From Patescibacteria group bacterium (GTDB lineage Bacteria > Patescibacteriota > Microgenomatia > UBA8517), in the NCBI GenBank assembly GCA_036381415.1, contig DASVCV010000012.1, forward strand, positions 10,717 to 74,716: DNA of 64,000 nt. Direction: 5' to 3'. Under the pieces are notes generated by a model. That model made no database searches. It saw only the letters and a program-made list of their open reading frames with translations, and was not told the origin of the DNA. The position numbers and the translations under genes were made by a program. Positions 31,156 to 41,076 of the stretch are shown here, piece after piece; within the stretch, counting starts at the first letter, position 1, and the number at the start of each line of letters is the position of its first letter.

Positions 31156-32637
31156 TTACTGCCTTCCTATTATAAGTGATGTTGAATCTCCCATATATTT
31201 CCAAACTTCCTGTTGGTTATTAATAATTCTTGTATTCAAAAATACCGACACCAAAAACAATGTTAAAAGCATGCCACTTTGAATGAATTGTACTTTTCTC
31301 GTCCTTGTAATAAAAGAAATAGACATAACACCAATAACAACAAGTATAAATAGTCTGTACTGAAAAATATAGGGAACCCAATTATATATTCCAATTCCCC
31401 AAAACAAACTTGTTGAAAAAGCAGTAAACAAAAACAATATACCTGTAAAAAAATCAGGCTTGAAAATTATTTCAACAATTAGATAACCTGCAGCAATTAA
31501 AAGAAATGGATATAAAGGCAGTCTGTACCATCCAAAATCCTCTCCTCCAAAAAACATAAGACCAATTAGATATGAAAATACTGGAATCATCAGTGCCTTA
31601 TGTTTGTTCTCTTTTGCAAAAGCAAGAATAAACAAAGCCATCCAACCAAAAAATATCCACCCATCAAGAAATATTTTTGTTACTCTGGGAATTAATATTT
31701 TGGTTAAAAGAAGCGTAGGACCTGCAAAAAACCTGGTTCCATTGTAAATAGCTGCTGCAACAAAAGTGTTTTTATCATAAAAAAATCCGTAAGCTGTATA
31801 AATAACTAGAGATGCCACTCCCGCTCCCAAAAAATAAAGAGCCATCCTTTTGTTTCTAATAATCCAAATAAAATAACCAATTCCAATAAGAGCTGCAGAT
31901 AACCCAAACAACTTAACAAGAGGTGCAGCAAATGAAATCATAAGTGCCATTACAACAAGATAGTTCTTCTTAGTTCTTCTGTAGTACTCAAGAAGAACAA
32001 CTTCCAAAAGAAGCATTAAGGTTAAAACATTTTCAGGCAATGCAAGTCTTGATCCAAAAATAACAGTTGGAACAGTAGCATAAATTAACCCGGAAACAAC
32101 TGCAACCTTCTTTCCATACCATAGGTAAGAAAGTATAATAACTAGCAAAGTCGAAAAAGTTCCATAGAGTACGAAAGGCTTCCTTATCAAACTTAAAGTA
32201 ACTTCCGAAAATTCCCTAATACCACCAAGGTATGCAGGCATTCCAACAATAATTCCACCCAAAGGCGGATGCTCTAAATAAGGACTGACAATATCAAAAT
32301 GAGATTTATATCCTTCTAAGCTTATTTCCTTTGTCAAACTAATTGGTTTAGGAAAGCTGCCGTAATTTTCCAAAGTCGGAACAATATTATTCACACTTAT
32401 CTTTGTACCGACAAGATCAAGCTTAGAGTCCTTCACAATCGCCCCTTTATAAACTGTCAAGAATGACCACGATGTTGGGACACCACTTCTTAATAAGGAT
32501 AAACCTAGCCAGGAGGAAGCATATTCATCAAAGGTATCTGCAACTGGAGGATAACTCCAATAATATTTATTTCGGTAGACAAAAGAAACAACCAAACAAA
32601 TTAATGCTAAGAATACAAAAATACCTTTTTTACTCAT
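31156..32637 (-). CDS. GT-C (PMT_2/ArnT-like) glycosyltransferase
   Basis: TFDEYA..W, EHPPLG, GSRLALPEN, K.FG, GWYRLP; multi-TM; no C-terminal soluble domain. Confidence 0.78.
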   Translation of the reverse strand: MSKKGIFVFLALICLVVSFVYRNKYYWSYPPVADTFDEYASSWLGLSLLRSGVPTSWSFLTVYKGAIVKDSKLDLVGTKISVNNIVPTLENYGSFPKPISLTKEISLEGYKSHFDIVSPYLEHPPLGGIIVGMPAYLGGIREFSEVTLSLIRKPFVLYGTFSTLLVIILSYLWYGKKVAVVSGLIYATVPTVIFGSRLALPENVLTLMLLLEVVLLEYYRRTKKNYLVVMALMISFAAPLVKLFGLSAALIGIGYFIWIIRNKRMALYFLGAGVASLVIYTAYGFFYDKNTFVAAAIYNGTRFFAGPTLLLTKILIPRVTKIFLDGWIFFGWMALFILAFAKENKHKALMIPVFSYLIGLMFFGGEDFGWYRLPLYPFLLIAAGYLIVEIIFKPDFFTGILFLFTAFSTSLFWGIGIYNWVPYIFQYRLFILVVIGVMSISFITRTRKVQFIQSGMLLTLFLVSVFLNTRIINNQQEVWKYMGDSTSLIIGRQ

Positions 32638-33542
32638 GCTCTCTCAAACATTGCAAAAATCGCTTCATCAGAAATCTTAGCCTCTTTTTTTTCTCTCGCT
32701 CTAAGTTTTCCAACTAACTTGAGCTTCTTTAAAGCCATTATAAAAATCCTAATATACCCAGGATGTTTAATAATCCTATTAAGCAATCCCTTTATATGCT
32801 TCCTAAAAAGTCTTCTGCTTGTTAAATTTTTCCATATAAAAAGAAGTTGGTTTCTTTCTCTAATACCCGACACATAATCCTTAGGAAGTTTACCCACTGT
32901 AGATTCATGTTCATGAACAACCACTGCATTTGGCTCCCACAAAATTCTATATCCTCTTTTATGTGCTCTATATCCCAAATCCACATCTTCCCAATAAAAA
33001 GGTGAAAGAAGTGCTTCATCAAATCCTTTTAATTCCATCCAAACACTTCGTCTCATAACTGCACTTCCACCACTTGCCCAAAAAGACTCTGTTGCCACAC
33101 TTGCCTCAGGCCTTCCACTGTGTTCAATAAACCCATCCTTGAAACTCCCTCCTGCAGGACCATATCCTTTTTCATGAAGTGAAACTGCAAAAACTTTTTC
33201 ATCATCAAAGTGACCTATTACATTCTCTAAAAAATCTTTGCTAGGAATAACATCACTGTTAAGAAGGCAAATTAACTCTCCTTTGGCACTTCTTACTCCA
33301 GTGTTAACAGCTGAAGCAAATCCTCTATTTTCTTTGTGAACAACAATTCTAATTTGGTCTTCATAACTCTTTTTCAAAAAGCTTACTGACTCATCAGTTG
33401 AAGCATCATCAATCACTATAATTTCCAAAATATGATTCTTCTTGTTATTTTTTGCTGCAACTAGGCTAGGAGCATTTTTCCTAAGCAGCTCTATCCCATT
33501 CCAATTTGGTATTACAACACTTACTGTAATATTTTTATTCAT
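32634..33542 (-). CDS. GT2 (WbbL/rhamnosyltransferase-like)
   Basis: VVIPNWNG, NRGFASAVNTG, LLNSD, GFDE...FYWEDVDLGYR. Confidence 0.88.
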   Translation of the reverse strand: MNKNITVSVVIPNWNGIELLRKNAPSLVAAKNNKKNHILEIIVIDDASTDESVSFLKKSYEDQIRIVVHKENRGFASAVNTGVRSAKGELICLLNSDVIPSKDFLENVIGHFDDEKVFAVSLHEKGYGPAGGSFKDGFIEHSGRPEASVATESFWASGGSAVMRRSVWMELKGFDEALLSPFYWEDVDLGYRAHKRGYRILWEPNAVVVHEHESTVGKLPKDYVSGIRERNQLLFIWKNLTSRRLFRKHIKGLLNRIIKHPGYIRIFIMALKKLKLVGKLRAREKKEAKISDEAIFAMFERA

Positions 33543-34219
33543 TTTCTTACCTTTACTAAATGAAGCATCCCTAATATAAACTTCTTGCTCACTTCAACTT
33601 TTAGACCTGATTTAGCAACTACTTTATCTAGCGGATTTTTGCTAGAAAACGATTGAACATGGCAATCTTTCCAAATTCTTGCCCACCAAAATCTTGTTAT
33701 AAATCCCCAAATAATATTAAAAAGAAAATTGTCAGAAGGAACAAGAAACACTGCATATCCACCTTTTTTAAGTATTCTTTTTATTTCTAAAAAAACCTTT
33801 TCCGGTTCAAACACATGCTCTAAAACTTCTAAGGCAAATACAGCATCAAAAGTATTTGAGTCAAAATTAAGTTTGTGAGCATCCCCAACCTGAAACTTAA
33901 GTTCTTTATACTTTTTCCAGTGGTTATTTGCCCAATCAACTGATGCTTTTAATACATCAATTCCAATAATCTTGCCAGCGTGTGATTTATCTAGAATCAC
34001 TTTGGTAAACATCCCATCAGCACTTCCTATATCAAGTATTTTTCCACCAGTTGGCTCAATCACCCTTCCCACTTCATCAAACCTTCTTTTGTGCCAATAT
34101 CTCTGGAACAGATTCCTCTTAATAGACTGAAAATACCAGTCAGGAGGAACATTCTCATGTAAAGCTGCTGCATCAACTACATTCTTGTGTTTTACCATGT
34201 TTTTTACTTTGCTTGCCAT
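33539..34219 (-). CDS. Class I SAM-dependent methyltransferase (type 11)
   Basis: ILDIGSADG, GDAHKLNF...FDAV, EVLEHV, RILKKGG. Confidence 0.88.
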   Translation of the reverse strand: MASKVKNMVKHKNVVDAAALHENVPPDWYFQSIKRNLFQRYWHKRRFDEVGRVIEPTGGKILDIGSADGMFTKVILDKSHAGKIIGIDVLKASVDWANNHWKKYKELKFQVGDAHKLNFDSNTFDAVFALEVLEHVFEPEKVFLEIKRILKKGGYAVFLVPSDNFLFNIIWGFITRFWWARIWKDCHVQSFSSKNPLDKVVAKSGLKVEVSKKFILGMLHLVKVRK

Positions 34220-34223
34220 TTTT

Positions 34224-36593
34224 CTATATAACTATTCTTTTTCTAGCCAAAAACACCACCAGCCCAACTATAACAGAAACACCAGAAATTTTTAAGCCAT
34301 TAAAAAATGATTCAGGCTTATACACCATTTCAACAGTATGCTTACCTTCAGAAACCGAGATTGCCCTAAAAGCAAAATCTGCTCTTAGTATTTTTGTCTC
34401 TTTTCCATCAACATATGCTTTCCACCCCGGATAATAAGTATCTGAAACGAATAAAAAACCGTCTTTGGTACTCTGAACGCTATACATACTTTCATTCTCG
34501 TTGTAACTAACAACTTCTACTTTATCGCTAGTTGCACCACCTGATATTCCAACCTGAACCGGCTCCTCAAAAATAATCTTTTTCCCCAATGGAAAATTAC
34601 TCTCAAGAAGAGACATCATTGCAACTTTTTCATCTTTCTCAACTTCCCAATCATGTACCACAAAAGCTCTCGGCAAAACTTCTCTATTCTCCAAAATCGT
34701 CACACTCTTATCAGTAAAAACAGAGGTAAACCTTTTCTTGTCATATAAACTACCCGTCTTTATAAATAAATACTTCATATTCATTAAATTTGTAAGTTTG
34801 GAGGTTGGATTACTTACTATTCCAAACCTATCTTGCGGAGTGCCATTTGAATTGCCGCTATTAACAGCAGCTATAAATTTGGCCTCAACCAATGGATAAA
34901 CTGCCTCATAACCTCCAAGGAATTCAATTTTATAAGGTACATTTAAATTAACCGATGTAATATCTCCTCCCGAAACTCTAAATGGAACTCCTTTCCCCTT
35001 TTCTTTAATCAAAAAGTCCCAAACAGGAGTTGTAGGATAAACTATATCCTTTGAAACAAAGGGACTAAATTTCCAGCCAAACCTAAAAAGCTCCACTATC
35101 ATCAGTACAAAAAGTAAAAGCACTCCAATTTTTCTTAGGTTTTTAAATCTTTGCATTACAAACAAAAGACCTCCCACCATAACCAAAACAACCCCTGGAA
35201 ATACTAAGTTCCTAAGACCAACAGTATATTTTGGCGTGCCCCTAAGCAAAGATAATTCTGGATTACCCTTGGTCGTCTGGTAAAGATAGAATGTAATTAG
35301 GATATAGATAACAATTACTAACAAGGGAATAATAAGGGGAAGAACAACTTTTACCTTTTGTTTCACGGAAAGTAAAATATCTACTCCAAAACCAGCACCA
35401 ACAGAGACTGCAAGGATAAACAAAGACAATGACTTATAAAAAACTCCAGCTTTAAGCCCTAATACATTCCTATCCCACAGAAATACTGAAATAGGATTTT
35501 GGAAAGCTAGGATTAACGACAAAACTAATGATAACCACAGAAACTTAACTTCTCTTCTTTTTACATTTCTGAGCCCAACTACAGCCAGTGTAAACGCTAC
35601 TATCCCTACATATCCAATAGTACCTAGATAATTTTTTGGCCCCCAATAATTTTGCGTTGCATGGTTTCCAAAATAGTCAGGAGCAAACAATGTAATTACT
35701 TCCTTAGGGAATAAAAACACCCATTCATATGTTAACGACTCAACATTCCTCTGTGAGTAAGTAACCAACTCATTTGCAGGAAGAACCTGGAAAGCCGCCA
35801 ATCCAATTCCCAAAGCCACAAATATACTCAAAAATAACGATTTTAAAACCCACTTTTTATCTCCCCAAATCCGCACCAACCAAAGTATCCCCATCCCCAT
35901 CAATGTATATAAAACTATCTGAGGATAACCAGAAAAAATCTGTAGGCACAAAGATATTGAAATGCCCACACCATACTTATACTTTTTCGTAATCAAAAAT
36001 TGGTCCTCAAAATACAAAATAAGCGGAAGAAATGCGGTAGCAAGTGCATGAGCATTCCACTGCGACCAAATGATGAAAAATCCAGAAAACGCAAATGAAA
36101 ATGATCCAATTAAACTTCCCAATTTTGAGGCTTTCCAGTGTCGAAGAAGAATATAGCAAAATACAAAACCTACAATATGTTGCAACACAACCTGCCAACT
36201 CCAAGCAGTCACATTATTAAACAAAAGGTAAAGAATATTGGTCGGAGAAAATGGCGCTGATTGAAAATCAGCCAAAAGCGGAGTCCCTTGCAATAAATAT
36301 GGATTCCAGAGTGGCCATTGGTTGGACTTAAGAAGATCTACTCCTAATATTCGTAAAGGATAAGTAAAAGAAATTGAATCAGACACAATCGGGTTTTTCA
36401 CTGGCACCCCTGTTGAATATCCCCATTTATAATCAGACCATGGGAGATATGCACCAACCAGTAAATCCGCAGGAACAGGAACAAACCCCCTTAATACCAC
36501 TTTCCAGAAAAATATAAAAACAAGTCCAATTATCACAACCAGTGGAGTTAACTTATTAAATAAGTGAAAGTAGTTCTTTTTCAAATCTTTCAT
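34224..36593 (-). CDS. YfhO-family membrane protein (GT-C fold)
   Basis: PLWNPY..GTPLLA; C-terminal DTYYPGWKAYVDG..ILRADFAFRAI.V..GKH.V. Confidence 0.85.
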   Translation of the reverse strand: MKDLKKNYFHLFNKLTPLVVIIGLVFIFFWKVVLRGFVPVPADLLVGAYLPWSDYKWGYSTGVPVKNPIVSDSISFTYPLRILGVDLLKSNQWPLWNPYLLQGTPLLADFQSAPFSPTNILYLLFNNVTAWSWQVVLQHIVGFVFCYILLRHWKASKLGSLIGSFSFAFSGFFIIWSQWNAHALATAFLPLILYFEDQFLITKKYKYGVGISISLCLQIFSGYPQIVLYTLMGMGILWLVRIWGDKKWVLKSLFLSIFVALGIGLAAFQVLPANELVTYSQRNVESLTYEWVFLFPKEVITLFAPDYFGNHATQNYWGPKNYLGTIGYVGIVAFTLAVVGLRNVKRREVKFLWLSLVLSLILAFQNPISVFLWDRNVLGLKAGVFYKSLSLFILAVSVGAGFGVDILLSVKQKVKVVLPLIIPLLVIVIYILITFYLYQTTKGNPELSLLRGTPKYTVGLRNLVFPGVVLVMVGGLLFVMQRFKNLRKIGVLLLFVLMIVELFRFGWKFSPFVSKDIVYPTTPVWDFLIKEKGKGVPFRVSGGDITSVNLNVPYKIEFLGGYEAVYPLVEAKFIAAVNSGNSNGTPQDRFGIVSNPTSKLTNLMNMKYLFIKTGSLYDKKRFTSVFTDKSVTILENREVLPRAFVVHDWEVEKDEKVAMMSLLESNFPLGKKIIFEEPVQVGISGGATSDKVEVVSYNENESMYSVQSTKDGFLFVSDTYYPGWKAYVDGKETKILRADFAFRAISVSEGKHTVEMVYKPESFFNGLKISGVSVIVGLVVFLARKRIVI

Positions 36594-37581
36594 ATGAATA
36601 CTTTAAAGCATCCTTTTTACCACTTATCACCATTTTTCTTGTCAGCTTAGGATCCTCCATCAATTTGATAGTTTTAGATATCAGTCCTTCCTCACTTTTC
36701 CACAAATACCCATTCTCGCCATTTACTATTACCTCTTTGTGTCCACCTGCCTCATATACTAGGGCAACTGCCCCTGAAGCCATTGCCTCAACTGTTGTAA
36801 TACCAAAATGTTCCACTTTTTCAGGTTCTTTTAATTCATCAACTCCATAACCACTAGCACTCCAAAAAAACATAGCAGTGGAATAAAGTTTCTTAATTTC
36901 ATTAAATGAAGGACTTTGAATAATTTTTATTGGATAATTTCGAGATCTTTCTTTTAGATTTTCTATATACTCCTTTGCACCAATCTCAGCCCCTCCCGCC
37001 AAAACTAATTTCCATCCTTTTCCCTGTGTATCAAAGAATCTTTTAAAACAGCTAACCAAAATGTCCTGTCTTTTTGCTTGAAGTAATCCTGAAAATCTTC
37101 CAACAGAAAGTATTACATTCTCCTTTTTCTTTGGCCTAAATTGACTAACCGAAACAGGAGGGTATAAAACCACACTATTTATTCCAAACTCCTTGTCTAT
37201 AATTTTCTTAGTAAAATTAGAATTACAAATTACTTTTGAAATTCTAAAAAGCTTCATTCTAGAAAGAAGCGTTCTTCCCCCAACATTCTTAAAAGGAACT
37301 TGAAAATGAAGAAAATTTTTTCTTGCTTGAAGCGTTGGAATGCTTCCATCAGATACCCAAAAACAAACATCATATCCATCACCCCTTTTAACACTATCTA
37401 CTATATTAATTCCTTCTAAATCTACTCCAAATCTTCCCTGAAGTTCATTTTTTAAATTTGAGTCCTTCCACTCAACATCAACTGCATATCCATTTTTTGC
37501 CAAAACCTGTGCAACAGAAATAGCATATCTTTCTCCTCCTCCTAATGTGTCCCAGTAAGGATTTACAATTGCTGCCTTCAT
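36556..37581 (-). CDS. GT4 glycosyltransferase
   Basis: TLGGGERY, LYPPV, SVGRF..K.Q, EHFGITTVEAMASG. Confidence 0.9.
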   Translation of the reverse strand: MKAAIVNPYWDTLGGGERYAISVAQVLAKNGYAVDVEWKDSNLKNELQGRFGVDLEGINIVDSVKRGDGYDVCFWVSDGSIPTLQARKNFLHFQVPFKNVGGRTLLSRMKLFRISKVICNSNFTKKIIDKEFGINSVVLYPPVSVSQFRPKKKENVILSVGRFSGLLQAKRQDILVSCFKRFFDTQGKGWKLVLAGGAEIGAKEYIENLKERSRNYPIKIIQSPSFNEIKKLYSTAMFFWSASGYGVDELKEPEKVEHFGITTVEAMASGAVALVYEAGGHKEVIVNGENGYLWKSEEGLISKTIKLMEDPKLTRKMVISGKKDALKYSYERFEKELLSLI

Positions 37582-37619
37582 TTGATCCTAGCCAAAGGAT
37601 ATCATATAATGATCGCTAT

Positions 37620-37925
37620 ATGAAAGACAGGTTGCCAGAAATGTATGGAGGGCAAAAACAAGATAACTCCTCAGATCTTCTAAAAAGACAAAAAGTGGAT
37701 ATAGGAATTCTAGGTGCATCAGCACTAGCTTTGGTAACATCCCTTGCAGCAGGTGGAACAAGTGCATCAACTAAAGACCAATTGTTGCTGCTTTCCTCTG
37801 CAGGATCTATTTTTGTAGGATCTTCTGCAGCTTTTCTTGCAATAATTAACGACCCCAAAACAAGACAAACTGTAGATAAATTAGTAGACCGTTTTATCTC
37901 CTCAACTGACAACAAAAAATATTAA
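37620..37925 (+). CDS. Small hypothetical two-TM membrane protein
   Basis: ATG 37620 with TATAAT 9 nt upstream; two hydrophobic segments; fills the gap between two minus-strand genes. Confidence 0.55.
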   Translation: MKDRLPEMYGGQKQDNSSDLLKRQKVDIGILGASALALVTSLAAGGTSASTKDQLLLLSSAGSIFVGSSAAFLAIINDPKTRQTVDKLVDRFISSTDNKKY

Positions 37926-38686
37926 TTCTTAGAAGTTTGTTGCTGCATCTCCCAAAGCTTGGCATATGACACAAATCTGCTAAACACTTGATATATTATT
38001 TCAATGATTCCAACTGGCCCATCCAAAAACCCAAGTTTAATAATCCCTCTATACCAAAACTCTCTAAACATGGCAGTCATGAATCTAATAACATTCATTG
38101 GAGGGTGATTTGCCTCAAACATAAGCCTTGCTTCAATTTCAGACCATTTATTAGTTTTCTCAACCATTTCAGTTAAAGACCTATGAGTTATATGAATAAA
38201 TGGTTCTTTAAGTTTCCCAACCTCACCCTCAATTTCAGGTTGCTCGTGCACCTCACCTCTATAACCTTTTACTTTCTCTTTTCTTAAAAGTCTTAAAACA
38301 TAATCAGGCCACCAACCTCCATGCCTCATCTCGTGACCTAAAAACACATTTCTTCTTGGAATAGCATATGCACTAAAGCCACCGGATTCCTCTATGGTCT
38401 TTCTAATTTCATCTTTTAACCCAGGTGTCACTCTTTCATCAGCATCAACAAATAATATCCAATCATTACTAACAAGCTTTAAAGCATAATTTCTCCATTC
38501 AGAGTAATTTTTCCCTTTTAAGTATGAAACAACCTTAACTCCATGCTTTTTTACAATCTCTTTTGTTGCATCATTTGATCCTGTATCAATTACTATTACT
38601 TCATCTGCCCACCCGACAGACTCCAAACACTCTCCAATCATTTTTTCTTCATTTTTAGCAATAATTAAAACAGATAGCTTGTTCAT
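37922..38686 (-). CDS. GT2, WaaE/LgtF-like beta-1,4-glucosyltransferase type
   Basis: WILFVDADERV, IPRRNVFLG..MRHGGWWPD, VHE, LGFLDG. Confidence 0.9.
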   Translation of the reverse strand: MNKLSVLIIAKNEEKMIGECLESVGWADEVIVIDTGSNDATKEIVKKHGVKVVSYLKGKNYSEWRNYALKLVSNDWILFVDADERVTPGLKDEIRKTIEESGGFSAYAIPRRNVFLGHEMRHGGWWPDYVLRLLRKEKVKGYRGEVHEQPEIEGEVGKLKEPFIHITHRSLTEMVEKTNKWSEIEARLMFEANHPPMNVIRFMTAMFREFWYRGIIKLGFLDGPVGIIEIIYQVFSRFVSYAKLWEMQQQTSKN

Positions 38687-40155
38687 TTAATACGCTCCTC
38701 TACATTAACATCATGATATTTGTCGCTTGCTACTACAACCCCTAAATCCTTCTCTGCCTTCTTTTTCCATTCATCTAGTCTGTACCCTGCATCCGGATCT
38801 CTCTCCCATAAATCAAACATAACTCTCTCAGTACTTTTGCTAGGCAAATATCCATATTTACTTTGACCATACCACAAAAATACATAATCCCAAGGTTCAT
38901 CCTTAAAATATGGAATTGTATAAATCCAAAGTCCAAATGGCTTGCCTTCCGCTTTTGTGTAAACAAAGTCCACAGCCTTCTTTCTATCCTCCAATGTAAT
39001 TAAGCTATTTGTTCCAATAGGTATAAGTGCATGTGAAGGTTCACTAAAAAACTTCAAATCATTTGAAATATTAAATTTTGCAAATAAAAATAAAATTATA
39101 ATAGCTGGTAATATAAACATTGGTTTTTTAATAAAGTAAGAAAAAGACCCTGCAGTAAAAAGCACAACAAGCGGGAGTATTCCTAAATAGAAAAAGTCAG
39201 CAGTTCCTCTTTTATAAAAAAGAAGCCCAACTAAAGGAATAACAAAAATTAAAACTAAAAATCTTATTCCTTTTTCTTTCTTCCTTAAAAGAAGAATTAC
39301 TCCTACAACTGTTGACCCAATCACAACTCCAGTAAATAAATTATTCCCATATGAGAAAAAATTAACAATCTCTCTAGAGAGCACTCCCAAACTATCTCCA
39401 ACTTTAGAAGAAATCCCCAACCCATTAGTACCAAAAACCATTTTTACAATACTTTTAGTAACCAAAAACGAATGCCTTAAATCAAAAAGAAATAATGGAA
39501 TGCTTGGGACTAAAAATGTTCCAACTGAAATACTAAATATCTTTTTGTTTTCCAAAAAATAATTTCTTTGTCTAAAAAATAAAACTGCCATTAGCGGTAC
39601 AAAGAAAAACCCAATAGCTCCATTAAGCTGTATTATTATTCCTGCAGTTAATGTAGCAAGAGGCCATAAATAATTTTTCTTCTCCATTTCAATCTTTACC
39701 AAAAAGAAGTAGAAAAGAATAGCAAAAAAAGAAATAGGTGTTACATTTGAAACCCATCTTGAGTAGCTAATAGTAAGTAAGGAAAAACCCCAGATAATAG
39801 CTGCAATTAATCCTGCTAAATCAGACTTAAAAAGTTTCTTTGCAGTTTTAAAAAGAAAAAATATGCCTACTACATCAAGAATTACCATAAACATGCTCAC
39901 TCCAACTGGATCCCCTCTAAATAGTGCATAAACAGGTGCCAAAAAGTAATAAAAGAATGCTCCATGAAACACCCCTTCAACATCAGTTGGATGTCCTAAA
40001 AGAACAAAATGATGGTCATGCCATATATTCCAAATTCCTAGTGCATGAAGCCCTTGATCATAGTGAAAAAGAAGATCAGTATCTATTCTATAAAGCCTAA
40101 GAATTGCTGAAGCAGTAATTACTAGAATAAGTAAGATTTTAACTACCCTATTCAT
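38683..40155 (-). CDS. GT-C (PMT_2/ArnT-like) glycosyltransferase, subtype B (DQ variant)
   Basis: LRLYR...HYDQG, LLGHPT..GVFHGAFFYY, YSRWVSN, FDLRH. ATG 40155 preferred. Confidence 0.8.
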   Translation of the reverse strand: MNRVVKILLILVITASAILRLYRIDTDLLFHYDQGLHALGIWNIWHDHHFVLLGHPTDVEGVFHGAFFYYFLAPVYALFRGDPVGVSMFMVILDVVGIFFLFKTAKKLFKSDLAGLIAAIIWGFSLLTISYSRWVSNVTPISFFAILFYFFLVKIEMEKKNYLWPLATLTAGIIIQLNGAIGFFFVPLMAVLFFRQRNYFLENKKIFSISVGTFLVPSIPLFLFDLRHSFLVTKSIVKMVFGTNGLGISSKVGDSLGVLSREIVNFFSYGNNLFTGVVIGSTVVGVILLLRKKEKGIRFLVLIFVIPLVGLLFYKRGTADFFYLGILPLVVLFTAGSFSYFIKKPMFILPAIIILFLFAKFNISNDLKFFSEPSHALIPIGTNSLITLEDRKKAVDFVYTKAEGKPFGLWIYTIPYFKDEPWDYVFLWYGQSKYGYLPSKSTERVMFDLWERDPDAGYRLDEWKKKAEKDLGVVVASDKYHDVNVEERIK

Positions 40156-41071
40156 TTCTAAAGCTTCCCTTCCCAAACTTGCCTCCGTAAAAGTCCGACA
40201 CTCCTCTCTTCTGCCACTTCCTTCCAACCAGCATAAACTTAATACTCTCTCTTATAAGTGCCACTCTTGCCCTAATAGGTGCATACTTCATTCCAAACAT
40301 AAGTCTATTTCTAGTTATAAAATAATCATTTAAATTGCTTCCAATTCCTGAGGACTGTGACACTTTATGCCAAACAATTGCTTTTGGTGCATATTTTACC
40401 TTCCATCCTTTTTTCTTTAATCTTAATGACAAATCAGCATCTTCTAAATACAAAAAATACTTTTCATCAAACATTCCAACTTCTCTAATTGCCTGTGAAG
40501 ATAAAAACATACATGCTCCTGTTGCAAATCCAGTATTTGAAATATTTTGAAACTGCCCGCTGTCAACTTCATCCACTCCTCTATTTTCTCCATACACATT
40601 CTTCCAATCAATTTTTCCACCTGCATACCAAACCACTTTCCCTAACTCATTTTTCTTATACCTGTCTTTATGAAATTCAAATCCTTCAGCAAAATAAATC
40701 TTTGGACTAACTGCCCCAACCTTTTCTTTCTTTGCCACCTTCAAAAGTTCTGTTATTAAATTTTTATCAACAATTGTGTCATTGTTAAGAATCATTACAT
40801 AATCAGCTCCACTTTCTAATGCATACTTAATGCCTACATTATTTCCACCAGCAAATCCCAGATTAGTAGTTGTAGTAACCAGTCTAAAATCAATTTCGCG
40901 AAACACAAGCTTCCTTAATTTTTCTACTGAATCATCAGTGGAGCCGTTATCTACAACTATCACTCCAAGCCCACAATCTTTCACATTTAATTTTTTGATG
41001 CTTTCAAGACATGCGAGAGTATCATCTATTCCATTCCAGTTAAGTATTATTATGAAGACTTTTGGTAGCAT
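40148..41071 (-). CDS. GT2 (WbbL/rhamnosyltransferase-like)
   Basis: IILNWNG, NLGFAGGNNVG, ILNNDT, TGACMF, FDEKYFLYLEDAD. Confidence 0.9.
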   Translation of the reverse strand: MLPKVFIIILNWNGIDDTLACLESIKKLNVKDCGLGVIVVDNGSTDDSVEKLRKLVFREIDFRLVTTTTNLGFAGGNNVGIKYALESGADYVMILNNDTIVDKNLITELLKVAKKEKVGAVSPKIYFAEGFEFHKDRYKKNELGKVVWYAGGKIDWKNVYGENRGVDEVDSGQFQNISNTGFATGACMFLSSQAIREVGMFDEKYFLYLEDADLSLRLKKKGWKVKYAPKAIVWHKVSQSSGIGSNLNDYFITRNRLMFGMKYAPIRARVALIRESIKFMLVGRKWQKRGVSDFYGGKFGKGSFRNE

Positions 41072-41076
41072 GAATA

